Virus record (IMG/VR): IMGVR_UViG_3300030419_005367
Span: 1-64,000 of that record
DNA length: 64,000 nucleotides
Origin: a virus
Strand: one strand, 5' to 3'
Within the stretch, counting starts at the first letter, position 1; every line of letters starts with the position of its first letter. This document shows positions 48,411 through 58,162 of the stretch, in pieces. Below the pieces are notes generated by a model. It had not been told where the DNA came from. It worked only from the letters and a program-made list of their open reading frames with translations, and ran no database searches. The translations under genes were made by a program, and so were the position numbers.

Positions 48411-49598
48411 TTGCTTTTTCAAACACTTGATGACAAACAAGAATGCATTGGAGTTTATATCGATGGTGAAATATATTACGGAGAACTTCCTGAAGGTCTT
48501 ACTGCAACTTGGGAGTATGCCCCTTATCTTGATGGACAAGATATTGACTACGCTGGGCTATACTGTGCTGGATTGTCTTGCAGCGGGGCTTGTCCCGAAT
48601 CGCTAAAAGACCAGTGGGAAGAAAAGACTGATAGACTGAAGGCTTTTTTGAGATCTTTTCAAGAATCAAAAGTCGACCTTCATGAGAACTGCTTTTTTGA
48701 GTTGGTTCCGTCTAGGTTTCTATTAGAATATTGTGAACTTAAGAACAAGATTACAAGACATGTTCTAGAAAACTATTCACGTCCTAAAAATTACGATTTT
48801 AACCTAGGTTTGACCAAGTTGACTAGTCAAATTAGGGGACAAAAAATCAATTTGGATCTGGAGTCCTTGAATGGGCAGATGTCTAGTTTTAGAACGAGGC
48901 AGTGGAAAAACAAATTGGCATCCTTGCCCCCTTATATACATTATAATATGTATGGGACAAAGACAGGCCGCTTCACAACAAAGAAAAATAGCTTCCCAAT
49001 CCTCACTCTCGCAAAAGAGCTTAGAAAGGTGATAAAGCCGCAGAATGATTGGTTTATTGAGCTTGATTTCAATGCAGCCGAACTTCGAACGCTATTGGCC
49101 CTTTCCGGGCAGGAACAGCCAGAGCAAGACATTCACACTTGGAACGCCAAACACGTCTATAACGACGAACTGACGCGTGATGAGGCTAAGAAACGAATCT
49201 TTGCTTGGCTATACAATCCAGTTTCGAAAGATAACCTCTCTTCTGGCGTTTATGACAGAGATTCGGTGCTTAAAAAGTATTGGGACGGTGAACAAGTATG
49301 TACCTTTTATGATAGAATAATACCTGCGGATAAGCACCATGCTTTGAACTATATTATTCAAAGTACGACGAGTGATACCTTTTTGAGGAGGGTCTTGGCC
49401 GTCAATAAGTTACTTCAAGACAAAAGGTCCAAAATCGCATTTTGTATTCACGATAGTTTGGTTCTGGATTTTGCGGACGAGGATAGGGAATCCTTATTGG
49501 AGATGATAAAGGAATTTTCTGAGACAGATTTGGGCGTATTCAAAGTTAATGTTCACGCCGGCAAAAATTTTGGTGAAATGAAGGAAATGAAACTGTGA
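48411..49598 (+). CDS. compact family A DNA polymerase (polymerase domain only)
   Basis: TKTGRF, motif A ELDFNAAELR, motif B RDEAKKRIFAWLY, ALNYIIQS, motif C IHDS; TTG start with SD GAGG. Confidence 0.85.
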   Translation: MLFQTLDDKQECIGVYIDGEIYYGELPEGLTATWEYAPYLDGQDIDYAGLYCAGLSCSGACPESLKDQWEEKTDRLKAFLRSFQESKVDLHENCFFELVPSRFLLEYCELKNKITRHVLENYSRPKNYDFNLGLTKLTSQIRGQKINLDLESLNGQMSSFRTRQWKNKLASLPPYIHYNMYGTKTGRFTTKKNSFPILTLAKELRKVIKPQNDWFIELDFNAAELRTLLALSGQEQPEQDIHTWNAKHVYNDELTRDEAKKRIFAWLYNPVSKDNLSSGVYDRDSVLKKYWDGEQVCTFYDRIIPADKHHALNYIIQSTTSDTFLRRVLAVNKLLQDKRSKIAFCIHDSLVLDFADEDRESLLEMIKEFSETDLGVFKVNVHAGKNFGEMKEMKL

Positions 49599-49906
49599 AA
49601 GTGTACAACAAATTGATAAGAGATAAGATACCTTTAATAATGACGAAAGAAGGAAAAGAGTTTTCCACTCACATTGCTTCAGATGAAGAATATAGGAAAA
49701 AACTAAAAGAGAAACTATTTGAAGAAGTAAATGAATTTTTGAAGGATCCCTGTCTTGAAGAATTGGCTGATATTGCTGAAGTATTCGGAGCACTAGTACC
49801 AGCTTTGGGATATACTATCGACCAGTTGGAGACAGAGGTACGTAAAAAGAAAAGAAGTAAAGGAGCTTTCCGAAAACGAATAATTTTGGAAACTGTGGGG
49901 GAATAA
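49595..49906 (+). CDS. MazG-like nucleoside triphosphate pyrophosphohydrolase
   Basis: YNKLIRDKIP, KLFEEVNEF and EELADIAEV motifs. Confidence 0.85.
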   Translation: MKVYNKLIRDKIPLIMTKEGKEFSTHIASDEEYRKKLKEKLFEEVNEFLKDPCLEELADIAEVFGALVPALGYTIDQLETEVRKKKRSKGAFRKRIILETVGE

Positions 49907-49907
49907 A

Positions 49908-50783
49908 ATGGAAACGATTATTGGCTTAGGTCAAGCTGGCTGCAATATCGCAGATGAATTTGCAAAATATCAAGAATATGAGGTTTACAAGATTGATGTC
50001 GGACTAGATGCTTACGAAGAAACTCCTTATGGAGACTTCCCAAAAGAAGGATTGTTCAATATGCCGGCACAAAGTAGCCCTGAAGACTACGAGTCTTTTT
50101 GCCCGAACATGAAAAACTTCTTTAAAGACATAAAGGGCGAGATTTTGTTTGTATTTGGAGGATCTGGAGATATATCAGGAGCCTGCTTAAGGGTTTTGGA
50201 GCATCTTAGAGGTAGGGACATAAACATACTTTATATACGCCCGGACACTGATCTTTTGCCTGAAAGAAGAAGACTACAAGAACGAGTTACTTTTAATGTC
50301 TTGCAAGAATATGCGAGATCTGCTGTTTTCAAAAGAATCTTTTTGATAGACAACCCTGCACTGGAAAGGCACATCGGCGACGTTCCTTTAATCGGTTATC
50401 ACAACAAACTAAATGAAATGATCGTGTCCACAATTCATATGATAAACGTATATAACCATATTGAATCTGTAACCGATACGTTTTCTGACCCCTATGAAAC
50501 TGCAAGGATTTCAACCATTGGATTGTTGGACGTGGAGAGCGGCGAAGACAAAAAGTTTTTTTCTCTTGACAATGAGCGAGAAGTACGTTATTATTATGCA
50601 ATAAACAGAGACAAACTGAGATCAGATGGCGCTTTGTTTAAAAAGATCAAACAACAGGTAAAAGAGAAAGCAAGTGAAAACACAAAAATTAGTTACGGAA
50701 TATTCGCAACGAAATATGAACAAGACTTTGCTTATACCTTGAGTTATAGTTCGTCAATTCAAACAGGAGAAGAAAATGACTAG
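49908..50783 (+). CDS. tubulin/FtsZ-superfamily protein (divergent)
   Basis: IIGLGQAGCNIA T1 loop, YKID, GGSGDISG at the signature-loop position, ILYIRP, LIDN, LNEMI. Confidence 0.75.
   Translation: METIIGLGQAGCNIADEFAKYQEYEVYKIDVGLDAYEETPYGDFPKEGLFNMPAQSSPEDYESFCPNMKNFFKDIKGEILFVFGGSGDISGACLRVLEHLRGRDINILYIRPDTDLLPERRRLQERVTFNVLQEYARSAVFKRIFLIDNPALERHIGDVPLIGYHNKLNEMIVSTIHMINVYNHIESVTDTFSDPYETARISTIGLLDVESGEDKKFFSLDNEREVRYYYAINRDKLRSDGALFKKIKQQVKEKASENTKISYGIFATKYEQDFAYTLSYSSSIQTGEEND
50566..50594 (+). promoter_or_regulatory. sigma70-like promoter (intragenic)
   Basis: TTGACA-N17-TATTAT. Confidence 0.55.
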
Positions 50784-51045
50784 TGTTAATGGTTTTAAAG
50801 GAACATTCATTAAACAGAATGGAGAAGAGCGTCAGATGACGTTCGTAAAACTGACAGAGCTTCCAGAAGAATTTCTTAATTCAAAAGTTAAGGGAACTGG
50901 TAAGCAAACAAAAATGACTGAGGGCCGAGAGTTGGTGTGGGAGGTTGACCACGGCTTCCGCGTATTCAACTGGAACTCAGTCGTTGGTCGAGTAGAAAGC
51001 GTCTCTGTTAAAAAAGATACTTTTACGCTTGACAAAAAAGTTTAA
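50776..51045 (+). CDS. SH3/Sm-like small protein (WYL_2 / DUF2693-like)
   Basis: FIKQNGEERQM...VWEVDHGFRVFNW pattern. Confidence 0.55.
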   Translation: MTSVNGFKGTFIKQNGEERQMTFVKLTELPEEFLNSKVKGTGKQTKMTEGRELVWEVDHGFRVFNWNSVVGRVESVSVKKDTFTLDKKV

Positions 51046-51057
51046 TTGTGGTAAATT
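51029..51057 (+). promoter_or_regulatory. sigma70-like promoter of the SSB gene
   Basis: TTGACA-N17-TAAATT with extended TGTG. Confidence 0.65.
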
Positions 51058-51117
51058 ATAAACAGCAGAATGAGAGATTTGTCATTCTGACTCTAGCTAA
51101 AAACAGGAGAAAATAAT

Positions 51118-51861
51118 ATGGCTATTGATTTAGAGAAAATGAAAGCAAAGCTTAACAAGCTTCAAAATAAGGGATCGCAGGATACTGTATTCTGGCGTCC
51201 GGAGGACGGTGAACAGACAATTCGTATTGTTCCAACTCCAGATGGAGATCCCTTCAAGGACTTCTGGTTCCATTATAATGTGGGCAAGAATCCCGGCTTT
51301 CTAAGCCCAAAGAAAAACTTTGGGGAATCTGATCCGCTGGACTCTTTCGTGCGTGAGTTGTTCGACGAAGGCACAGAGGACAGTATTAAGATGGCGAAGA
51401 ACCTTATGGCTCGCCAACGATTCTTCTCGCCCGTAATTGTACGAGGTGAAGAAGATAAGGGTGTCCGTATCTGGGGGTACGGAAAGATGGCTTACGAAAA
51501 GCTGTTGAGCCTAGTACTTAATCCAGAGTACGGTGATATCACCGATTCTGAGGAAGGTACAGACCTAGTGATTCATTATGGAAAGCCAGTAGGCGCTAGC
51601 TTTCCTCAAACAAAGATCACACCACGTCGCAAAAACTCGGCTTTATGTGACGACAACTCGCGCTGCAAAGAGTTACTTGAAAATATCCCCGACTTCAACA
51701 CTCTTTTCGAGCGCAAGACACCTGAAGACGTGGGGCAAATGTTAGATGAGTTCCTCGCAGGTGAAGAGAGTGCTGAAGAGCGCTCTAAAGAAACTACCAA
51801 GTATGGCGATGACACCACAAAGGATGTCGACGCAGCTTTTGAAGAGCTTCTTGGTAGTTAA
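51118..51861 (+). CDS. single-stranded DNA-binding protein (T4 gp32-like)
   Basis: FWRP..G..TIRIVP, VRIWGYG, YGDITD..EGTD motifs; acidic tail ending AFEELLGS. Confidence 0.8.
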   Translation: MAIDLEKMKAKLNKLQNKGSQDTVFWRPEDGEQTIRIVPTPDGDPFKDFWFHYNVGKNPGFLSPKKNFGESDPLDSFVRELFDEGTEDSIKMAKNLMARQRFFSPVIVRGEEDKGVRIWGYGKMAYEKLLSLVLNPEYGDITDSEEGTDLVIHYGKPVGASFPQTKITPRRKNSALCDDNSRCKELLENIPDFNTLFERKTPEDVGQMLDEFLAGEESAEERSKETTKYGDDTTKDVDAAFEELLGS

Positions 51862-51879
51862 TTAGACAGCAAGTCTAAC

Positions 51880-51901
51880 GGAGGGGGTTTCGGCCCCCTC
51901 C
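51880..51901 (+). terminator. GC-rich UUCG hairpin after SSB (terminator or mRNA stabiliser)
   Basis: GGAGGGGGT / TTCG / GCCCCCTCC; no clear U-tract. Confidence 0.5.
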
Positions 51902-51928
51902 CCTTAAATAAAAACAAACGAGGATAAA

Positions 51929-53059
51929 ATGGCAAGACCAAAAAATACAAAACCCGGAAAGATTTCCATGGGCGACATTCGCAGTATGATCAACAAGCGA
52001 GCCGGAATGAATGTTGCACATAACTTACAAGAAGCCAACCCTACAGAGGTGAAAGAGTGGATTCCAACAGGATCCCGTTGGCTTGATTCTATTATTTGTC
52101 GAGGACAACTTGCCGGTATTCCAGTAGGAAAGGTTGTGGAGATTGCAGGACTTGAAGCATCAGGTAAGTCTTATATGGCTGCACAGATTGCAGCGAACGC
52201 TCAGAAAATGGGTATTGACGTAGCTTATTTTGATTCCGAGTCTGCGATTGATCCCGACTTCTTAGAACGCGCAGGCTGCGATCTGGAAAGACTACTATAT
52301 GTACAGGCTCAGTCAGTTGAGTTTGTCCTAGAGACGATTGAGGAGCTTTTAAGCACTGGCAACAAGTTTCTTTTTATCTGGGACTCTCTTGCCTTAACAC
52401 CAGCGATTAGCGACTTGGAGGGGGACTTCAACCCGCTTTCTTCGATGGCTGTAAAGGCTCGAATCTTAGCGAAAGGTATGTCAAAATTGACAATTCCTAT
52501 CGCAGATACGCAATCGACCTTCTTGGTGCTTAACCAATTGAAAACAAACATCACTAGAAGCCCCTCTGAGGCTCTTGTGGAGCCCTATATGACCCCCGGA
52601 GGCAAGGCAATGATTTATGCCTACTCTTTGCGTGTTTGGCTCACAGGCCGCAAATCTAAGGCTTCTTTTATTACCGATGACCGCGGCTTCCGAGTAGGAT
52701 CAGAAGTCAAAGCTACTCTAAAGAAGAGTCGTTTTGGAACACAAGGTCGCCAGTGTACATTTAAGATTATGTGGGGCGATGAAATTGGAGTTCAGGATGA
52801 AGAGTCTTGGTTTGAAGCGGTTAAAGGCTCTAAGCACATGACTAGTTCTGGTTCTTGGTACACCCTTGATATGGGTGACGGAAACTCAGTTAAGTTCCAA
52901 CCATCAAAATGGAAAGAGAAGATTCAAGACGAAGCATTCCGTGCTCGCATTTTACAACTCATCGATGAAGAAGTAATCCTTAAGTTTGATAAACGAGAAG
53001 GCACTGCTGCTGATTACTATGACATTGAAGGCGAGACAACTGATGACTCCGACGAATAA
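51929..53059 (+). CDS. recA: RecA/UvsX recombinase
   Basis: IPTGS..LD, GLEASGKS Walker A, FDSE, IWDSL, LNQL and TPGGKA motifs. Confidence 0.93.
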   Translation: MARPKNTKPGKISMGDIRSMINKRAGMNVAHNLQEANPTEVKEWIPTGSRWLDSIICRGQLAGIPVGKVVEIAGLEASGKSYMAAQIAANAQKMGIDVAYFDSESAIDPDFLERAGCDLERLLYVQAQSVEFVLETIEELLSTGNKFLFIWDSLALTPAISDLEGDFNPLSSMAVKARILAKGMSKLTIPIADTQSTFLVLNQLKTNITRSPSEALVEPYMTPGGKAMIYAYSLRVWLTGRKSKASFITDDRGFRVGSEVKATLKKSRFGTQGRQCTFKIMWGDEIGVQDEESWFEAVKGSKHMTSSGSWYTLDMGDGNSVKFQPSKWKEKIQDEAFRARILQLIDEEVILKFDKREGTAADYYDIEGETTDDSDE

Positions 53060-54017
53060 AAACAGAGTACTGATCGTTGATGCATTAAATATGTATTTTC
53101 GGTCATATATCGTAGACCCTAGCCTCTCCACCAACGGACAGCCAATTGGTGGAGTTAAAGGCTTTCTCAAGATCCTTCAAAAGCTCCTTCGCGAAACAAG
53201 GCCAGATCAAGTGGTTATTGCTTGGGACGGACCCGGCGGATCTAGAAAGCGAAAGACAATAAACAAGAACTATAAAGAAGGCAGGAAGCCCCTGCGTTTA
53301 AATAGAGATATCAAGCACTTAACTGAAAATGAGGAGCTTGAAAACAAACTTTGGCAACAAGCGAGATTGTTTGAATACTTGAACGAGATGCCCGTGTCTC
53401 AGGTGATGCTCCCTGAAGTAGAAGCTGACGATGTTATTGCCTATGTTACACAAATGGAGTCTCTGAAAGGCTGGCAGAAAGTTGTTGTGAGTAGTGATAA
53501 AGATTTCTTTCAACTCTGCGATGAAGAAACAATTTTGTTCAGACCAGTACAAAAGGAAGTTTTAAACCAAGCTAGAATCTCTGAAAAGTTTGGGATTCAT
53601 CCGACGAACATGGCTCTCGCCAGAGCTATGGCAGGTGATAAGAGCGATAACCTCCCCGGCGTCCCCGGAGCAGGCTTAAAGTCTATCGCTAAACGATTTC
53701 CGTTTTTAGCAGAGGAAAAGACATGTGATTTAAAAACTCTTTTCGATTACTGTGAGAGTTTAGACAGCAATCTGAAAATATTCACAGGCGTGCTGGAAAA
53801 CAAAGAAGTAATCGAGGAGAACTATAAGATAATGCAACTATACTCTCCAAACATATCTATTCAAGGAAAGAATAAGATATGCTATGCGATAGAAGAGGCA
53901 GAACAACAGTTTAATAAGACCGAAGTTATGAAGATGATGAACGAAGATGGCTTCGGCGTTTTCAACTGGACAGACTTATTCGCGACAATGAAAAGAATTG
54001 TTGCAGATAACGCTTGA
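53043..54017 (+). CDS. 5'-3' exonuclease / flap endonuclease (T4 RNase H-like)
   Basis: LIVDALN, YKEGR, EADDVI, SSDKDFFQL and GDKSDNLPGVPGAG motifs; start reassigned to ATG 53043. Confidence 0.92.
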   Translation: MTPTNKNRVLIVDALNMYFRSYIVDPSLSTNGQPIGGVKGFLKILQKLLRETRPDQVVIAWDGPGGSRKRKTINKNYKEGRKPLRLNRDIKHLTENEELENKLWQQARLFEYLNEMPVSQVMLPEVEADDVIAYVTQMESLKGWQKVVVSSDKDFFQLCDEETILFRPVQKEVLNQARISEKFGIHPTNMALARAMAGDKSDNLPGVPGAGLKSIAKRFPFLAEEKTCDLKTLFDYCESLDSNLKIFTGVLENKEVIEENYKIMQLYSPNISIQGKNKICYAIEEAEQQFNKTEVMKMMNEDGFGVFNWTDLFATMKRIVADNA

Positions 54018-54042
54018 CAAAACCTCTAGAATTTAGTAGAGT
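54014..54042 (+). promoter_or_regulatory. sigma70-like promoter
   Basis: TTGACA-N17-TAGAGT, followed by SD AGGAG. Confidence 0.55.
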
Positions 54043-54059
54043 AATAGCAGGAGAAAGAG

Positions 54060-54338
54060 ATGAAAAGATTTATATTTTTAACGGGCTTGTTTTTGTCAAG
54101 TTGTTTGGTTGTAGATTCTAGAATTCCAGAACCAACAGGTCCGTATTTATTAGAGCCAGTTTGTGATAACGTTGAGCAATTATACTGGGACTTGGGAAAC
54201 CCAACATACTGCTACCCAGATCAGTGCTGTATTTGGGAATATTATGATTATGATGGATGGCTCTGCGAAGAGACGTGGTGCGAATACTGGGATTCTTATG
54301 GTTGCTGGTGGGAAAACATTGATGTTGTGTGCTGGTAA
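54060..54338 (+). CDS. Cys/Trp-rich acidic lipoprotein
   Basis: MKRFIFLTGLF-LSSC lipobox; eight further Cys and eight Trp in the mature part. Confidence 0.7.
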   Translation: MKRFIFLTGLFLSSCLVVDSRIPEPTGPYLLEPVCDNVEQLYWDLGNPTYCYPDQCCIWEYYDYDGWLCEETWCEYWDSYGCWWENIDVVCW

Positions 54339-55708
54339 TGAAAGATACTAAGGCTAGCTTTTCAAAATATGGCAGAAAGTTTCAGGAAAGTCTTTGTCAA
54401 CTTATGTTGCAGGATCGATCTTTCTGTGATCAGTTAGTAGAGGTCTTTGACATTGAGTTTTTAGAACTTAAGCACTTACGAGTATTCGTCAATCAGGTTG
54501 TGGAGTACAAACAAGAGTATGAAACACACCCATCGCGTGAAACGATGATGACTCTTTTGCGCGCAAACTTGGATGATGAAAGCGAAGCAATAAAGCTCCA
54601 AGTTAGGGACTACTTTGCTCGTATTCACAAGTCAGACATGGGTGTCGACGGCGAAGAGTACATTAAGAAAACAGCACTAGATTTTTGCAAGAAACAAAAG
54701 CTCAAAGAAGCTATGATCAAGTCAGTCGGCCTTTTGCAAAAATCTTCTTTTGATGAGATCGCAGAAGAAATTAACAATGCCTTAAAACTAGGTTCTGATA
54801 ATAATTTTGGCTATGATTACCTTAAAGACTTTGAAGAGAGGTTCGTGTTCAGACCTAGGAACCCAGTCACTAGCGGTTGGAAATATATTGATGAAATTTG
54901 CGAAGGTGGCTTGGGTCAAGGTGAGCTTGGAGTGGTCATCGCCCCAACCGGTGCAGGAAAGAGTATGGCTCTTGTACATTTAGGCGCTGAAGCTATAAAA
55001 TCAGGCAAAAATGTGATACACTATACACTAGAGCTAGGGTCGACAGTAATAGCATCGAGGTATGATAGTTGTATGACAAAAGTGCCGTTAAAAGAGTTGC
55101 CAGCATTTAAAGATATGATCTATGATAAGGTGAAAGATCTCGAAGGGCGCTTAATTGTTAAAGAATATCCAACAAAATCTGCCTCACCGGCCACAATCAA
55201 GAATCACCTTGAAAAACTTAAGCTTAGAGGCATTTCTATCGATATGATTATTATAGATTATGGTGATTTATTAAGACCTTCTGTCATTCGTAAAGAGAAA
55301 CGACACGAGTTGGAGACTATTTACGAAGACCTCAGGGCGATAGCTCAGGAATATGAATGTCCCGTTTGGACAGCATCTCAGACAAACAGGTCTGGATTGA
55401 ACGCAGAAGTCATTACGATGGAGTCAATCTCTGAGGCTTTTAATAAGTGTTTTGTTGCAGATTTTATTTGCACGATTTCACGTACAGTGGAGGACAAAAT
55501 AGATAACGAAGGAAGAATGTTTGTAGCAAAGAACAGAAATGGTCCTGATGGGTTGGTGTTCCCAATGAAAATAAATACATCAAACGTGCAGTTGGAGGTT
55601 TTAGAACCCGGAACTGACAATACAATCCAATCTGTGGTTGTAAAAACTGCGAGAGAGCAGAAAGATTTATTAGCTGACAAGTATAAAAAATTTAGGAGCA
55701 AACAATGA
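54338..55708 (+). CDS. replicative DNA helicase (DnaB / T4 gp41-like)
   Basis: APTGAGKS Walker A, TLE, IIIDYGD, TASQTNR and KNRNGP motifs; TAATG coupling. Confidence 0.93.
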   Translation: MKDTKASFSKYGRKFQESLCQLMLQDRSFCDQLVEVFDIEFLELKHLRVFVNQVVEYKQEYETHPSRETMMTLLRANLDDESEAIKLQVRDYFARIHKSDMGVDGEEYIKKTALDFCKKQKLKEAMIKSVGLLQKSSFDEIAEEINNALKLGSDNNFGYDYLKDFEERFVFRPRNPVTSGWKYIDEICEGGLGQGELGVVIAPTGAGKSMALVHLGAEAIKSGKNVIHYTLELGSTVIASRYDSCMTKVPLKELPAFKDMIYDKVKDLEGRLIVKEYPTKSASPATIKNHLEKLKLRGISIDMIIIDYGDLLRPSVIRKEKRHELETIYEDLRAIAQEYECPVWTASQTNRSGLNAEVITMESISEAFNKCFVADFICTISRTVEDKIDNEGRMFVAKNRNGPDGLVFPMKINTSNVQLEVLEPGTDNTIQSVVVKTAREQKDLLADKYKKFRSKQ

Positions 55709-58152
55709 CATACACAAAGCAAGAAGTAGAAGCGGCAACATTAGAATATTTTAAGGGCGATGAACTCGCTACAAACGTTTGGATATCCAAATATGCCCTT
55801 AAAAAGAAAAATGGGGATTTACTAGAAAAAACACCGGACGACATGCACAAAAGGTTGGCCAAAGAATTTGCAAGAATGGAAGAGAAGTTCGGTGGTGATC
55901 GCTCCCTTACAGAAGAGAAAATCTATGGCTACTTGAAGAACTTCGATTATGTCGTCCCTCAGGGATCTCCAATGATGGGGATTGGAAACAACAACGTTAA
56001 GGTTTCGCTCTCAAATTGTGTCGTTGTGGATTCTCCGCAGGATAATGTGTCTTCGATTATGGATTCTGGGAAGCAATTAGCCAACTTGTTCAAGCGACGT
56101 TGTGGCGTTGGTCTAGACATCTCAGATCTTCGTCCAGACGGAGCAGAGGTTAATAACTCAGCCGGTACCACCACCGGAGCTTGGTCATTCGCTGACTTTT
56201 ATTCCTATGTTTGTCGTATGATTGGGCAGAATGGCCGTCGTGGCGCACTTATGATCACAATGGACATTCGACACCCTGACGTTGAGCAGTTTGTTACAAT
56301 GAAACACGACCTGACCAAGGTCACTGGAGCAAATGTGTCCGTAAAGATCAACGACGACTTTATGAAAGCAGTAGAGAACAACGACGTCTTTACTTTGCAA
56401 TTCCCTGTGGACTCTGACAACCCAACTCACACAAAAGAGATAGACGCAGTTGAGCTTTGGGACAAGATTATTGAGTCTGCAACTAAGACAGCAGAACCGG
56501 GCCTGATGATGTGGGACAACATTGTAAACTATTTGCCAGCACACGAGTACGCTGATCAGGGCTTCAAAACAGTCACGACAAATCCGTGTGGCGAACTACC
56601 TCTCTCAGCAAACGACTCTTGTCGTCTCATCTCTATTAATCTTAAAAACTTTGTCAAGAATCGTTTTACCAGTAAGGCTACTTTTGATTATAAACAGTTC
56701 GCCAAGGTTGTGTCCGTGGGTCAACGTTTATCTGACGACCTTGTAGAACTTGAAGTTGAGAAGCTTGAAGATATTGTGAAGCATTGTGATACAAAAGATG
56801 AAAAGGCTATGTGGAAGAAGCTTTTACATGCTTGCAAGACCGGTCGCCGCACAGGTCTAGGCACACACGGCCTTGCAGATGCCCTCGCCAACCTTAATAT
56901 AGCTTACGATTCAGACGATGCGTTGAAGGTTATCGATAAGATTTATTCTACCCTGCGTAACGAAGCTTATTCAGAGTCAGTTGAATTGGCAAAGGAGAGG
57001 GGTCCGTTTTCCATCTTCGATTGGGACACAGAGAAGAGCAACTTGTTTATTTCAAATCTGCCAAAAATTTTGCAGGAAAAAATTTCCAGATTTGGAAGAC
57101 GTAATATTTCAATTCTGACAAATGCTCCAACTGGATCTGTTTCGATTATGTCTCAGACTAGTTCCGGCCTAGAGCCAGTGTTTCGTAACAGCTACACTAG
57201 ACGCAGGAAGTTGTCCCATGATGAGGCAGATGTTGAGGCGGACTTTGTTGATGACCTTGGTGACCGATGGCTTGAATATAAAGTCTTCCACCATAATGTT
57301 CAGGAGTGGTTGGATACCATAGGAGCAACGAGGACATCTGCAGAAGACGCCCTCCCAGAGTTCTTTACAACTAGTGATCAGATTGACTGGAAGAAAAGAG
57401 TGGAGATTCAGTCTGTCATTCAGAAGAGTATCGATCATTCTATTAGTTCGACGATTAATCTTCCGAAAGACACTGAACCCTCAACTGTTGCTGCATTATA
57501 TCTTTTGGGCTGGAAGCTGGGACTAAAAGGTATTACAGTATATGTTGACGGGTCGCGATCTGGCGTGCTTGTTACTAACGATGAAAAAACAGAGGAAAAG
57601 TTTTGTTCATCAACAGCGCCCAATCGCCCAGAGGTTCTAGACTGCGATATTCACCATACTACTATTAAAGGTGAGAAATGGACTATTCTAGTCGGCAAAC
57701 TCGATGGAAAGCCTTACGAGGTAATGGGGGGTCTCTCAAATTTGATCGAGATTCCATCATCCCTTGTAAAGGGAACGTTAACTAAGGTTAAGTTTAAAAC
57801 AAAAGATAATCGTTATGACTTAACGGTAGGTAAAAATGGTGATACTATGATTGTACGCGATGTCGTGAAAGTATTCGACAACCCAAACAACTCAGCATTC
57901 ACTCGAATGATATCTCTATCTCTTCGGCACGGAGCAAGGCCAAGTTTCTTGGTTGAGCAACTTCAGAAGGACAAAGACAGTGATATGTTCAGCTTTTCAC
58001 GCTGTGTTGCTAGGATTCTTAAGAATTATATTCAAGACGGCGAAAAAGCTCATTCTGATAAGGCATGCCCGGGCTGCAGTAACGAAAGCAGCTTGATTTA
58101 TCAGGATGGGTGCGTAACTTGTACGGCATGTGGCTATTCAAAATGCGGATAA
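55705..58152 (+). CDS. nrdJ: class II (adenosylcobalamin-dependent) ribonucleotide reductase
   Basis: SNC, TNPCGEL, APTGSVS, ISSTIN; KGITVYVDGSR lacks the class I YY pair; C-terminal CPGC...CVTCTAC zinc ribbon. Confidence 0.88.
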   Translation: MTYTKQEVEAATLEYFKGDELATNVWISKYALKKKNGDLLEKTPDDMHKRLAKEFARMEEKFGGDRSLTEEKIYGYLKNFDYVVPQGSPMMGIGNNNVKVSLSNCVVVDSPQDNVSSIMDSGKQLANLFKRRCGVGLDISDLRPDGAEVNNSAGTTTGAWSFADFYSYVCRMIGQNGRRGALMITMDIRHPDVEQFVTMKHDLTKVTGANVSVKINDDFMKAVENNDVFTLQFPVDSDNPTHTKEIDAVELWDKIIESATKTAEPGLMMWDNIVNYLPAHEYADQGFKTVTTNPCGELPLSANDSCRLISINLKNFVKNRFTSKATFDYKQFAKVVSVGQRLSDDLVELEVEKLEDIVKHCDTKDEKAMWKKLLHACKTGRRTGLGTHGLADALANLNIAYDSDDALKVIDKIYSTLRNEAYSESVELAKERGPFSIFDWDTEKSNLFISNLPKILQEKISRFGRRNISILTNAPTGSVSIMSQTSSGLEPVFRNSYTRRRKLSHDEADVEADFVDDLGDRWLEYKVFHHNVQEWLDTIGATRTSAEDALPEFFTTSDQIDWKKRVEIQSVIQKSIDHSISSTINLPKDTEPSTVAALYLLGWKLGLKGITVYVDGSRSGVLVTNDEKTEEKFCSSTAPNRPEVLDCDIHHTTIKGEKWTILVGKLDGKPYEVMGGLSNLIEIPSSLVKGTLTKVKFKTKDNRYDLTVGKNGDTMIVRDVVKVFDNPNNSAFTRMISLSLRHGARPSFLVEQLQKDKDSDMFSFSRCVARILKNYIQDGEKAHSDKACPGCSNESSLIYQDGCVTCTACGYSKCG

Positions 58153-58162
58153 AGGAGATAAA

